Source: Anthoceros angustus (taxonomy: Eukaryota > Plantae > Anthocerotophyta). Taken from it: 64,000 bases of DNA. Of this stretch, positions 48,695 through 62,720 are shown in pieces. The notes below the pieces were generated by a model that was not told the origin of the DNA, made no database searches, and worked only from the letters and a program-made list of their open reading frames with translations. The DNA lies in the NCBI GenBank assembly GCA_010909165.1, contig MU008169.1, positions 744,001-808,000 of the forward strand, written 5' to 3'. The stretch's first letter is position 1, and the number at the start of each line of letters is the position of its first letter. Position numbers and translations under genes: made by a program.

Positions 48695-51600
48695 TAAAGT
48701 GGGGCACAAGTCTTGGAGGAAAGGATGATTTTCATTGATGAAAGGGGCATATTTATATATGTACTGATTGCAGTTATAACTGCTCTCATCATTACTAACT
48801 GGTCTAATAACTGCTGAGGTTAAGTGCAGTAATTGCCGTCTATCACGTTCTAGTTGTGATTAAAACCTACACATGTGAACCGTGCCCTAAACTACGCTCC
48901 CAGTGCAGTCGGCGTACAAGGTCACAACACTCCCCCTCGCTGCAAACTGGGTGCAACAACTCAGAGTGATGTCGAAGATGGCTTCGATCTCCTACGCCTG
49001 CCTGCAGCTGGTGCTAAGCATTCTGTCGGCGATCTGGTGGCTTCTTCAGCTTGCCTCGCTCGTCATCGATGCCATTGGTGACAAAGTGACACGGTTGGCA
49101 GAAGCTGAAGTACCCAGGCGCAGAAAGCTGAAGGAGAGCTCTTCTCTCATGAAACACGGGCGAAAAGCTTCACAGTCTGAGAACGACTCGGTCAGCTTGG
49201 AGCAATTCAAGATAGCAGTGACGCAACCTCTTCCGAAGGGTGATGATGGTGTTGCGCTACGGCTGCCGTCTTTGCGACTCCGGTATTCGAGTTACATGTG
49301 TTCTCGTTGGCCTTTCCAGGTGGAAGATTCGCTCCCCTCCATGATAAGCTTCTCGTAACCTGGCATGCATGCGCTGGGTGGTGTCTTGGAAAGTCCCTTC
49401 GTAAGCAAGTCTGCTGTGTTCTCTTCTGTCGCAACATAACTGAGGGTGACTTGCTTCTTGCTCACCACCTGCCGGATGAAGTGGTGTTGTATCTCGACGT
49501 GCTTCATCCTAGCATGCAGCACTGGATTCAGGGTCATGGCGATTGCTGATTGGTTGTCGCACTTGAGTTCAGTTGGCTGATGCTGCTCCTCGTTGACGCC
49601 TTGCAGGAACTGACGTATCCACAGGATCTCTTTGGCCGCCAGTGAAGTTGCAGTGTACTCCGCCTCGGTGGATGAGAGGCATACTGTTGGCATCTTCTTG
49701 CATGCCCAGGAAACAAGTGAACCATTGATCATAGCGCGGTATCTGCGATCAACTTTCGGCATCGGTCTCCTGCGATGCGTCGAAAAGCGGTAAGTACCGA
49801 TGCGCTACTTCTATCCGGCATAGAAGTCCTGAGGGATCTGGTTCCTTTTAAGTATCTAAGGATTAAACGACACATGTCCAAAGGCTTTTCCGAGTTGGAA
49901 AGATACCTAGATGCTATGTTGACCTGAGATGTCTGGCGAGTCCATATTGCTAAGTATAGAAGGCTACCAACGGCCTCACTGTAAGGTATAAGTTTCATCT
50001 CTTCTATTTCTTACGGTGTCCAGGCTATACGGACACCTTCTAACCTGCAGCTATGGGTGTACTGACGGGTCTGGCTTCTTTAAGGTTGAACCTGTCTAAG
50101 AGCTGGTCTACATAGTGCTGCTGGTGGATGAAGAAAGAGTGATCTGTGGGATTTCTCTCAAACTGGGCCTAAAGCGTACTTGAGGTCCTATGTCTCGATC
50201 TCATACTCCTTGGCTAAGTCCTTGACATCTTTGGATGATTTGGGGACAGCTATCAAAGATGAAATTGTCGTCGACGTACAGAGTAATGATGACGAAATGC
50301 TCCTTTTGCCTAAGGAGATAAACACTGGGATCTGCAATTAAAGGTGAGAATCCAGACTTCTTAATCTGAGTCTCTGATCATTCCATACAGCAGTTGTTTC
50401 AATCCATAGAGTGATTTCATGAGCTTACAGACCTTTTTGTTGTCCTTGATGTAGCCAGGGGGCTGGAGCATGTAAATGTCTTCACTCAACGTACCGTATA
50501 GGAAAGCAGTTTTTACGTCGACTTGATGGATGTCCAGACGGTAATGAGCTGCCAGCGCCAAGAGTATCCTTATAGATGTTGATTTCACCACAGGGCTGTA
50601 GAGTCGATTTTGTTCATAGTCGAAGTCAGGAACTTGGCTGAAGCCTCTAGCGACTAGCCTTGCCTTGTATCTTGCGACTGTCCCATCTGGATTCAACTTC
50701 CTCCTGAATGTCCACTTACAAGATATGGGTTTGCGACCTGGAGGTAAGTCGGTCAGTATCCACGTTTTGTTGGCAATCAGCGAGTCATATTCGGACTTAG
50801 CTGCTGCAGTCCATTCAGGGGTCTTGAATGCTTCCTCGATGGACTGAGGAACGTCTTGCATTTCGATTGCCGACATTGCTTGATATAAGGCCACATTGAC
50901 CTGATGAGTATGCTGCTGTTGCTGTTGCACGTCCTCTGGAGGAGTTTGGGGCGCGGGCGGAGCTCTGCCAGTGATTGAGTCTCCAGGCCAGTGATAGATA
51001 TCCTTCCAGCTGGATCGAGGAGGAAGATGACGGGTAGACCGTCTAAGTGGGGGCTCGTGAGCTCAGTGAGCTTAGCGAGATAAGGGTTGCTCCAGTCTGG
51101 GATCTTTGGTCGTAAGAAAGGTTCTGAATTGTTGTTCGGTGACCTATGGTGTGTGATGGCTTGGTGTAGATTGCAGTCTTGGAGTGGGGACGGTGCTGGA
51201 TGGCTGTGCTTGAGGCTGGAGCCGGCTTGTGGTGGAATCGGATGACCTGTCTGGCCTTGCACATCAACATTTTCGTAATCTGTTGGGTTATAAGTGTCCC
51301 CCTCAAGGTCAGAAAGGGAAGAAGGTGAATAACCATGAAGACTGGGAGCGGGGAGAGTTGTTGAGCTGGACACGGATTGCAGATAAGTATTAAGCAAGGT
51401 GGCTTCATGGAAATGAACACTACGGGATAGGGTTACCTGACGAGTTGATGGATCAATCAAGCGATAGGCCTTAGATTGGTCGAGTAACCAATAAATGTCT
51501 TCTTACTTTTGTCGTCCCATTTCTTGCAGTCGGTGGAATGTGGGCGAATCTTTGTCGAAAATCACGAAGATGAGATATCTTGGGGCTTATCATCCAAGCT

Positions 51601-54308
51601 CATAGGGTGTGACATTTGGAAGCTCCTTTGTTGGCGATCATTCTTGATATAGTTGGTTGTTGAGATGGCAGCCAAATATCCTTGTGTGAGGCCTGCCCAA
51701 GGCGAGCAACGATCGAGATATCTCCAGATCTGATTGATCTTTACGCAAAAGGGTTACGTGCTGGTGTGTATGGCATGAGCTCGGTGATGCCCTTAGATGT
51801 CTGATGCACCTTTGAAAAGTGGTGATGTACTCTCCGGCATTGTCGGTTCGAGGGGTCTTGGCCGGAAGTCCGGTGTGCTCGCCATGGCAACAAACTTGGA
51901 AGCTTGAAGGGCTTCATCCTTGTGTAAGAAGTATGTGGCAATATCGGCTCCATTCATCGAGAAAAGTGAAAATATGAGTGGCCGCCGAAAGAGGATGTGC
52001 GCATGGGGCCACAGATGTCCGAATGGGCGACTTCAAGCGAGCGTTTGGCTCTTAGGTAAGGGATCATTGAATGGTAGCGTTCAGTTGTTGTCTTGTGATT
52101 TGATATAAATCTGAAGATAGCTTTGATGGTATTGGGTCTCTGTACATTGTAGGGTTGGATAAGGAATTCAGATAGCGGGCACTCATGTGGCCAGCTCGGC
52201 AGTGCCAGAGGAGGGAATCTAATTTGGAAAGAGACCTAGGGGCTGAATTTTGAGCGTCTACCAGCAGGGAAGTTGACTGAATGTTGAGGAGATAGAGATC
52301 ATTGTATGGGAGACCATGTGCAAGAATAGTTTTAGATGGGTCACTGAATCTGTGAATGAGGCAGTGGTTACCCTGAAAAGTGATGACTAGGTTGTGTTCA
52401 GTATCTAGCTTTCGGACTGACAGAAGGTGGAGGACTCCGGTGATGAGGAGGCTTTCTCCGTTCGGCAGTGCGATGAGGCGTTGCGTGCCTACTACTGACC
52501 TTCTCGTCTCCTAGGAGGACATGCCTCGAGGTGAATCGTGGTAGATTCAGCTTCTTTCTTTGTTGCAGATATGTCATAGTTGCTCCGAGTCCGGGGAACC
52601 ATCTATTTTCATCCGTTCTTGTGAGTGTTAAGCATCTGACCAAGAGGGCGGGAAGGCGACTTCGTGCCGGTGTAATGTGATTCGTTGCGGTGATTCGCGA
52701 CGAGGTTCGCCAAGCTTCTTTCTTTTCGTTTTGAAGTGCCGAAAACACCGTTGCAGGCCCTTTGTCCTGCGGTCGGATAACTTGTTGCTACAAAGGTGGG
52801 TCGCATGGAGGCCTTCGTGCTGAAAGTTACATGACGCCACCTCTCCACAGGCGCGTCCTCTTGATGTGAAGAGTGCATGAGTCTTTGGATGGACGCCTTG
52901 TGGCTCGTGGATCTGCTGGATTCCTCCTCAAGGAGGCTGCAACCACCTCGATTAAATGTGTAAGTGGATTGCTGTCCTTGCCGCTGCAAGGGTTGCCATA
53001 CCAATTGCAATTGCACTAATAAATGTCCGATCGGTGAGAGAGGTTAAAGAGGCCTATGACGATGTTCGAAGATAAGCAATCCACGAGGCTAGCTTTGCTA
53101 CGAGGGATCGAGAACACATTCACATCTTTGTTTTGTCAAGATCTTTCATTCTTAGTGAATAAAGCTGTCTTGTTGCATTGATTAGGGACATCTTGCTTTG
53201 GGCACGAAATGTCTTTGAAAGTCCTATGATGGCATTGGAAGTGGCTTGGTCACTTGTGTGGTGCATCATACTCTTGTCAATGGAAGAAATCAAGATGCTA
53301 TGGGCACGCTTGTCCTTCTTGGTCCAAGCTGCAACCTGATCAGAAGTTGTAGGGGATTGGATGTGGTGGAAGGTTGGGCGTGGTGCCGAGCCCCATCCCC
53401 ATGAGGTCATGCTCCTCCAGTAGCGATGATGCTTGTCGCCGGATGTCGTGGTAGCTTCGTGAGCGGTCTCGATCTCTAAACTCTACCTTGGTTGTATTTA
53501 CAATTTGAGCCATGGGTGTCTGTTGTGCAAGGCGGTGAGAATTTCTTAGCAAGCAACTTGGTTGTATCTTGACCTAGTGGGTCGAAATGAGGCATTCGCC
53601 TACTCGAGTGCATCTCCGATTCGTTGTTGTGTGTACAGGCGGGTTGGAGATAGCGACAAAGTGCCTCCATCTGCGATTTGATTAGCACTAAGCGGCTCTT
53701 AAGGTAATCCTCGGAGGAGGTCGAGGGATTACGGAACCTTTGGAGAGGTCGCTTGACTGCGGGTGTGCAGTGTAGGATCGTCACTCTATGAATTCTTGAT
53801 GGGCCTTTAACTTGGTGGAGGACTTGATTGGTGAGGTGTCTCGCGGTGCGCTCCGGTGGCGTCACTGGTCTTGGGCAGCGGGGCTGCGTGATAGCGATCC
53901 TTCTTGGAGAATTTACGCTCGGGCGTGGTGTGGGGCTCGAGGCATGGTAGAAGACTCAGGATCGTTGAAGGTTGCCGTTGCTCCGGGTGCGCGCCATGTC
54001 GGGTGGCTGTGGAGAGCCAAAGCCCAGCGAGCGTGTCTGAGAAGCAAGCGAGCGCGACTCCTGCCTCGATACCATAAAGTGGGGCACAAGTCTTGAGGAA
54101 AGGATGATTTTCATTGATGAAAGGGGCATATTTATACATGTACTGATTGCAGTTATAACTGCTCTCATCATAACTAACTGGTCCAATAACCGCTGAGGTT
54201 AAGTGCAGTAATTGCCATCTACCACGTTCTAGTTGTGATTAAAACCTACTCATGTGAACCGTGCCCTAAACTACGCTCCCAGTGCAGTCGGCGTACAAGG
54301 TCACAACA
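48695..54308 (-). mobile_element. Mirror copy of the Ty1/copia element (single 3' LTR)
   Basis: Near-identical ~235-bp LTRs at 48695-48929 and 54075-54308. TSD CATAG at 48690-48694 and 54309-54313. RT ORF 50361-50930 and RNase H ORF 49292-49762. Confidence 0.95.
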
Positions 54309-54693
54309 CATAGTTCCACGGATATCATGTCAAGGCTTGAACAAAGAGACAAGAGAAGGGCCAAGAGATTGTATCAAACACGATATCTTGTGAAGGGGGT
54401 TAATATCCGAACCCCCTTCCGTGAAATGAAAACCCCCTTAGCACAATTCACACAGTCCCGAAATACGCGTTTTGGCTCTTTTTAAAAGCAGACGACCATG
54501 TTCCAACAGTAGGAATTGAGAAAAACTCTTTCGCACAACAAAGACATGAAAGCAGTGCGGGCGCGGCCGGCGGCGCCTTTTCATTGATTCTTTGGAACAT
54601 GGGAAATCAAGACATCAATTGCCTCAATGCAGCGGGTCCATAAGTGATTGCGAACTAAGCGAAGCGGCGGATGCATACATGAGATCACTAAGC

Positions 54694-57600
54694 CTACTCC
54701 TCGGCTAACTTGGGACTCGTCAGGGGTTGAGCAAACTCGAATCCATCACAATAGCGATTTGAATCGCTCCACTTCCTCTTCATCGAAGCTATCGTTCTCC
54801 CCAAGGCCCTAGTGTCTTCGTTTAGTCTTGTCTCTGGTCGGTCGTGGAAGGCTGCCAAATGCTATCCAAGGATTGCTGTCCCTCATCAAAAGTGCTCCAG
54901 TTTTGGTCTTGACCGTCTTGCGTTTAAGGAAACAACTGAGCTTGCGAGTCCTTCTCGATACACACCTCCTTTGCCCAGTGCGCAAGTCCTGCGGTGGGCG
55001 TCAAATGTCGATTCTTCTTGACATCGGGCGAGAACCTCATGCCCAATCCTTTGTGCAATATATCCACACCTCAAGTCGCTTCTATAGCAATACAATTCCG
55101 TCGCATAGTAGAGCCGCCGATGCGTTGTCCCACTCCCGAGCATACATCCAAAACCCAATCCCCTCTCGAGAAGGTTCGGATAAGTTTCATCATAAGGCCC
55201 AGAGGCCTCTGGTATGGGCAAACCACCAACTTGTCGTGGGACATGTACACCTGTTTCTTCACAACCGTATCGTGAGCGATCACTGACCTCCCATTGTTGA
55301 AAGTGCCGTGCATGGCATTGGGCATCATTGGAACTCTATCCCTGTGAACCCATCTTTCATTCCCCAACCCACTGTGACATATTCCACGGTTTGAACCCAC
55401 CCTGTCATTGTTCATGTTGGTCTTGTCCCATACAAATGAGACCAAGCCCCTTTCTTGCACCACCTTCGCATGGACTCCACGGTGTGAGCCTCCTCCACAC
55501 CATGCATGACAATCATTCTCAACTCATCGGAAGTTGTTTTCTGCAAACTCGCAAAGCAGTGTCCATCATCGCTTGTCAACACGTTTGTCCAAGGGCCCAA
55601 TTTGAAACCCCTTGGAGCGTCCATCACCATAAGTGTGTCTTGGCGTCCTCTCGAATCCACGCATGTCCGTCTCGGCTTTCCACTTGGTATTGCACTTGTT
55701 TATCCGAGGAGGCTGCTGAACACCTCCCCTCCTCAAGGTCCTTGTCCGCTAAAGCACGCTCGTCCTCCAGCCCTTTCCAATTGTTCACCTCAAAATAAAA
55801 TCTTTGAAGGCATCGGAAGTTTGGACAAGACCTCAATGTCCTTCAATTCTTTGCGAACCACAAGTTTGTTAGTCCAAAGTGGGAAAGAATGGGCGCCGGC
55901 CGGCGCCCTCCATGACCGTCTGAGCATGGACAAGAAACTCACCTTTCCAGTAGCGATTTGAAACCATGACGGCATCAGTGGAGAATGCAGGATATTCCTC
56001 TCGGACCTCCTCAAATGAAGAGCACCCGGTGCTTGACCATCGCCACTTGTATGACATGAAACTTCTTCCGAAGCGTGATCTCCTCATCCATGCCCTTCAA
56101 ATCAATCAGGCCAGTTAACACCTTTTACATCGCGGTGACGAATTTCTTGACCGCACTCTCCAGCCGGTATGCCTTGGAACGATTTCCATGGCTTTGCCAA
56201 CATGTCCTTGACTTCCATTACACGTCTCCATTTGCTCCTCAGTCAACTTGCGCTTCCCTTTCCCTTTCTTGCTTGTTCCTGGTAGATGCTTCTTACATTC
56301 GGAGTTCTCCAGCCTCCCACTTGAGAAAATGGAGTCCACATTGGCCCATACCTTTCCTTCACGCTTGGCAATGCATAAAATGTGTGTGCGGTTATCCACT
56401 TTGTTACGCTTATACACATCGTCTTGGCGCCTTCATCATCCTCAATCAAAAGCACCTTTTATGCAGTGTACTTCCATGCCATTGTCATCTGTACTCCTTC
56501 TCGTTTGCTATCAAAAGCTCATCTCTTAAGTATCGGACACCGCTCAATGAAGTTCATCTTCTTCCGTTTGTCCCATAGTGTTGTGATCGTGGCAAGGACT
56601 CGCATTTACGGTATAGTAAGCCCGCAATAGACATGCGCTTCAACATATTGGAACCTCTTCTTCCACGGTGATATATCGCATAGATGTTTCATGGTCGCAT
56701 AAGTGTGGTTCCCACCAAGAACCCCATAACATATTTTTTCGCCATCTCTTCCATCCAACTTGAGGTCATTGCACTCACTTGGATCAATCATACATAATAG
56801 TGGCGTACACCCTCCTCTATCCTCCCTTGAAATAACTCGGCGGATAATTGGCCCATGCCTCGTCAACCCTGAATCTGCGCATCCGGCGAGGCGGGTCGAA
56901 GTTCTCCAATTTCACTAGCACTGTCTCCATGACAACCTTCTTTCCGTAAGCGAATCCCTTAGGCGAGTGAGGGGTGCATCCGATCAGCGTCGCAGGCGTT
57001 CTTCATCTGTCAAAATATGCACAGTGGGAATGCCACCAAACACTTCCTCTTGTCTGCGCCCTTTTGATTTCTTTTCTTCCTCCCTCTCCGTGCTTCCACG
57101 GGTTTCTTCGCACCTCGCTGGAATCCAACACCGCAGCAGGCGCTTGCCTTGAGGCGGCTGGTCGTCTCTCTCCTATGGCGAGGCGCCGGCCGGCCGGCCG
57201 CCTTCTTCCTCCGTCCATACCGTGTCCCCCGCACCCACTTCCTCCTCTGCCTCCAACGTCGGACCTCTTCCACTGCGGTCCGGTGGAAGGGCTCTGTGGA
57301 TGGAGGTATGCCCGGCCGGCCGGCGCCCGCTATCTCCTTCACAGGCCCGGATAAACCGGTTGGGATCCGGAGTGGCCAAGTCCGAGCCCTGCACTCTTCG
57401 CCTGCGCCGGCCGGCCGGCGCCCTCCTTCCAGCTCCTCGGCATTCACTACATCTGTGCACACTCATAGATGGCCCATGCCAAGCCAAGCTGGGTAAAATT
57501 GCCGCATCCCTATGTTCGTCCTGTCCCGAGACTTCATCATCGGAATGTCCCGGCCGTGAATCGGGCCCTCTTCCTCATCGGATGGGCCAAGTTCGCTCTG

Positions 57601-58559
57601 GAAGGCTGTTGCTCGGATGCCTCTTCAACCATTCTTTGATGTGCTGCGCACCCTTCTCATCGATCTCTCCTATGATCAATGATCTCGGTTATCTTCCACA
57701 GTTGCCCTTATAAGGGCCATTCCTACCAAAGGTGGTGGAAAACAAACAAACAAGTTGAATGTTAGTCATCAAAGTCGGAGGGTTTCGCATATGATGTCGT
57801 TGTTGGAAACTTCGTGTCTTGGCGCATGCATTCGCGAACTCTTCCACTATTCTTTGGAGGTGCACATTTTTGGCGTTGAATCCTTGGAGGTGAGAACATA
57901 AGACCAGAAACTCGGGGTCCTGGATGACGGCATCGAACTCGTATGGCCTGGTGGTGCACAATAGCGTAAACTCCGGCTCCCCCTCGTTCATGTCCATGGT
58001 TGCCCAGATTACCCAGCCAGCCCTTGCTCTCTGATTTGGCAAAGCCCCCCGATACCCCATTATCCAGAGTTTTAGCAAGGGGGTCCATGCTGCTGTTTCA
58101 ACCTCTGGGTGCGGATCCTGGACTAGCATCCAATCCTTCTGCACAATGACAATAGGGTCTATCTGGCCACCCAGTCTGCGGATGTGCACAGTCTCCTCAT
58201 AGCTGAATGGCGACGGAATTGGTGCAGGCACCGGATGCTTTGAAGCCTTGCCTCCCTCCTTCCCAGCTCCTTGCCCGCCAGCTGCGTTCTGCTTGTTTTC
58301 CCCGAAGACATGCTCCCGGATTTTGCTTGCCCAGCAGAGGCTATATGGCCCCCCACCCCTCCAGAATGTGCGGCGTGCCCTCCCAAACTTCCTTCCAGCC
58401 CTGGCCTTCCTCTCGGCGACTGCGGAACCTCGTGCTGCGATTTAGCGGATGTCTTCGTCTTATCGCAACTGCCTTTGCCTTCTTCTGTCGCCGCTGCGGG
58501 ACCGGAGGATCAGCAACTGCCTCTGCCAGGTCCTTCTTGCTCCGCCTTCCGCTCGCCAT
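54694..58559 (-). CDS. Mirror copy of the ParB-like/DNA methyltransferase cargo gene
   Basis: ORF 55071-55463 (CPYQRPLGLMMKLIRTFSRGDWVLDVCSGVG), ORF 55412-55660 (LMVMDAPRGF) and ORF 56606-56866 (VLGGNHT). Confidence 0.75.
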
Positions 58560-59936
58560 CTTTAAGAATGAACCTGCATCACAAGACATCACGAATTTGG
58601 AAGGCGGCAAACAATTGTTTAACATGGAAGTAGAACGAACCTCACTCGCAGACCCGCCGATTGATGCACACGAGGAATGCGGCTCTGTCTCCCCAACCAC
58701 AGCCGTGATAGCTGCAATCCCAAGCCAGGGAGGATTCGTGGAATTGTGGACGGACACCTCTCCAAATCGGGCAACACTGAGCCACGCTCCTCGTTACTTC
58801 TCCTCAAGTGGAAGTGCTGGCGAGCGCTCCACCGTGACGGCAAGTGGCAAGAGAAAACAAATAGTAATTAGGGTTTCCTCCCCCGGTATTTATAGCCCAA
58901 AAACATGCTATTAACTTATGCCGATATATCCATATACCCCATATAAACCACGGATATGAACCATAACCCTATTGACTTGGGTGACGGTGGCGGGGCACAC
59001 TCAATGTGGACAATAAAAGCGGAGGGCGGCGCGATATGCCGTTAGATATCTGTATCCGGAACTCCATCATGTTGTCGTTATTACAGAGGAACATAATATC
59101 CTACCCATCTATGCGCGACGCCTATCCATAAAGACAATGGCCATCTTCACCATTTTCCTCGTCACTGGAGGTCTCTTCCAGAAGACCTGCCGGCGACTGT
59201 GGTTTCAAACGACGCGGCGAGTGTGGTTTCAATCGACGCTCTTCTACAAGTTGTGCGCATACCATGTTGCGTCTCACCCACACCCCAGCTAGCGAAGAGG
59301 TTTGAGTTCGGCCCTTTTGGAAGGATTACTTGGTTTTCACCCCCTATCTTGTTTTCGGATTCTGAGTTCAGTTAGTGCATCCGGTTGCAGGATGAACAAT
59401 GGGAAGAAGGTTTCTCTTCACAATGTCGTGTTTCCGTAAAGATGGAAGCGAGTAGACTGTTGAGCAGCCACCACGTCTCGAACACAGGCATCACCGTCGA
59501 GTGCGTTTTGCCATTCCCGAAAGACGTGTTGATAATGAAGGTAGACGATGAGTTTTTCCATATGGGAACTGTGGACGCTAGTGCTGTATCTGCTGGTTGT
59601 GGGATTTTGATTCATTCTTCCGATATTGTTGTTCCAGATACGCGCCGAAGACGTCGCCAGTTCCGTCGCCAACCGTCCCGCGGGGTGTTCCTCCAACACC
59701 TAGGAATTTGCATCGGTATCTGCGTTGGAGGGAAGCCCATCCAACCGACGTTCAAGCTTCCCGAATGTCAGTGGCGTTCTCCCAGCAGATACATCGACGG
59801 TTGCACGCCGTGGTTTGTTTCCTGCGGAGACTGTTGATCGCGTCCGCTCACCGGTTGAGGAAGGTCCCATTGGCGACAACGAAGATTCGAGCGTGTTCCA
59901 TCACCTGATGCCTGTCGTTCCTTCCATCCCAAGCCT

Positions 59937-62720
59937 TTGAGTGAGTCTCTGAAGGCTCCAACAAGGGCAGTTGTTATATCACGACGAAGAAGAGAAGCTG
60001 GAGTGTCGTTGCAGCGAAGGGATACAATGATGCATTTCAAGAAGCCTTGTTGCATAAAAATGTGTTTGTGCGGTTGGGGAAAGCGCGATTTCAAGAGCAA
60101 CGCATGCGCATGGGAGGCAGAGCAGGAGACATATCTGCGATCTCTTGTTGATCCACGGATCCCGAGGTGATAGGGCGAAAGTGGTGACACATGTCATGGG
60201 GCGACTCTATCTTGCGCGCTTGAAGGCTTTTAGAAGAGTACATTGTCTTGGCCACAGGAGGTATGAGGAGCTAAAGAGCGAGTCATTCGGAATCACCTTG
60301 GGATGGATTTGAACCAAACCCGAAGGCACGATCGGCGTGTCGATGGATGCCCTTTCGTGGATGGACAACGCTTTCACGTTTATGGCGGCGCCAAACTTGG
60401 ATGTTTTAATCGACACGTATACAAAGTTGGAAATATGGACCTTGTACAAGCGTCGGTCGAAAACTCTAACACTCGCTACGTCAAGTACCCATGGTTCTTG
60501 AAACTGTGGAGAAGCAACTTCCCAACAGTAAAAATCCCGAAGTCCAACAGGTTTTCAACATGCTCGCTTTGTGCAGGTCTGAAGAGCACTATCAAGAACA
60601 CAATGCACAAGGAAGATCAAGGTAATTTGCACCAATGTGTCCTCCATGGGGTTGTTCACCTGCTTGCGGATTTGCTTGACTACCCCGATGGAGCGGATGT
60701 GCTCTTCTAATACCACCTTTTGTCATATTAGATGCATGTACGTGCATGTTCCAGAACTGTCTTTGTGTTTGGTTTCCAAAAGCGGAATGCCTTCACAATG
60801 TGCCTGCCGCGCCCGGTATTTAGTGGTTTCCACGACCACGAGCCGCTTGCTCACTCCCTCCCAAGCGAGAGGCAAAGCTTTGGAAGGCCGGCCGCCTTCC
60901 CGAGACCGGGGAGGCGTGGGCGTGCGCGGTCGGCGCGCCTCCGGCGGCGCCCGGCCCCGTCGGAGCGAGCCGAGATTGTGGGCGCCGGTCGCCACCCCGC
61001 CCCCTCGCCCCCACTTTATCCGCCATGTATCCCCATTTGGATGGCGTCGTGCAAATAAGCATTCTGCATGTGAAGAAGTTTCCTTGTTAAGGTCGGCGAT
61101 GTCATTCATTTGGAGGGCCTAACGGATGCCGTTTTGAGGATTTTGATATATTTCGACTAGGACATTTGTTTGTGGCAGAGAAATTTCAGTTGCTTTGGAA
61201 GCACACCGCGTGCGCCTCCACCGAGGCGGAGAAAATGTCCAAACAGGAGCAAGAGCTATGTGGAGCCACATAAGTATATGCTACTATCCATAGATGGAAT
61301 GGACCAAAAAGACAGAGATTCCTCATCTTCTCCGGTGGCGAAAAACCTCGTAGAGGAGTGTCGATTTCACACGTGGTTGGGTGTATGATTCACAACTACG
61401 CAGCGAGAGCCTATTTGCATTATGCGAATTTACGAACGCCGTCGGCGATCACCATCATTCGGACGTTATACATAATTACGAGGGGTCTGCCAAGAGTTTT
61501 GTATCTGTTGGACAACACATGCGGGGAGAACAAGAACCACTGCTTTTGCATATCCGAACATGCTTGTTGATATGGGTACTTTTGAAAAAGTGAAAGTGGG
61601 ATTCCTTTTGGTCGGGCATACGCATGATCAAATCGACGGATGTTTTCTTGCTTCTCCAAAAGCTTGAGACATAAAGAGGCTCACACCACCGCATTGTCGA
61701 GATCTTGATGCATGCGTACACTCCGTCACCGAGGTAAAGATATTGGTAGTGGCGGACTTTCGGTCATATGTGTGGCCTATTAGACAAGGCCGAGAGGCCT
61801 CACTTATGGGGCGGCTGTAAAGAGATTGAACAACTTATCGTTCCAGCACCACTTTAAAATAACCCGTGAGGAGAAAGCGGACCGCGGGTTCGTGACGGTT
61901 ATCAGGAGCAAGCAGGATTCGACCTCGCCACAATGGGAAACGGAAGGGGTTTGGAGTTTGAAATTTGTCCTTCCGACACTATAACATTGCGCCCCTCACG
62001 CTGCGGTCAAGGGATAAAAAGGAACACGGTGACATTATCACCAAGCGCCGTTGCCCATCTTAAGGATGGTCTTCGAACTTAGGCCTTATGTGACATCACA
62101 GGAGTTTTTATGGTGGGAAGCTTTACGGTTGGACCAAGAGGAGATTCTTTGTTATTGTGCAAAACAACATTGGCCTTGTGCTCTAATCCTTGGAAATGGT
62201 ACTCAAGATCGGAAGTGGATGCAACTTTCCTCTCCATGTTCCGAGATGTGGCGTCTTTGGAGGAGGCATTGCTAAGGGACCTCCCACAACGAGATATGTA
62301 TTTGGGAGCATACCAAACACGGGAGGCAACAACAGAAATGGAGCAGTGGAATGGTGATATCGCGGAAATAAAGAGGATGTTTGTTGCGTTCCCATGGACA
62401 CGCACGCATATGAGACCCTTTTGGATTGGCAAGGTAATCACTGCTCAATTGCATTCGCCATGCCTCACTTCCTTGTTCATTAGTGCAGGCGAACACAGAT
62501 GCGTCTGAAGGAAGGTACGTGAAGAATACTTAATCGGAGGATGCCACGACTGCGAGCAATGCAGGAAAAGGAGCGAAATCCATCCATCAAAAATATCCAA
62601 AAGGTTTTTGTTCACGAAACTGTCATCCTCTATTATGGGTTCACATTGACTACGCGGAGACACTTGTACTGTAGATAAGAAGGCAATCAAAGAGAAGTTC
62701 ATTGCGTTGCGAGGCTTCAT
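59937..62720 (+). CDS. Mirror copy of the Sola-like transposase
   Basis: ORF 60303-60710 (KIPKSNRFSTCSLC), ORF 61170-61388 (IDGMDQK), ORF 61358-61570 (LDNTCGENKN) and FLLVGHTHDQID at ~61600-61640. Confidence 0.7.
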
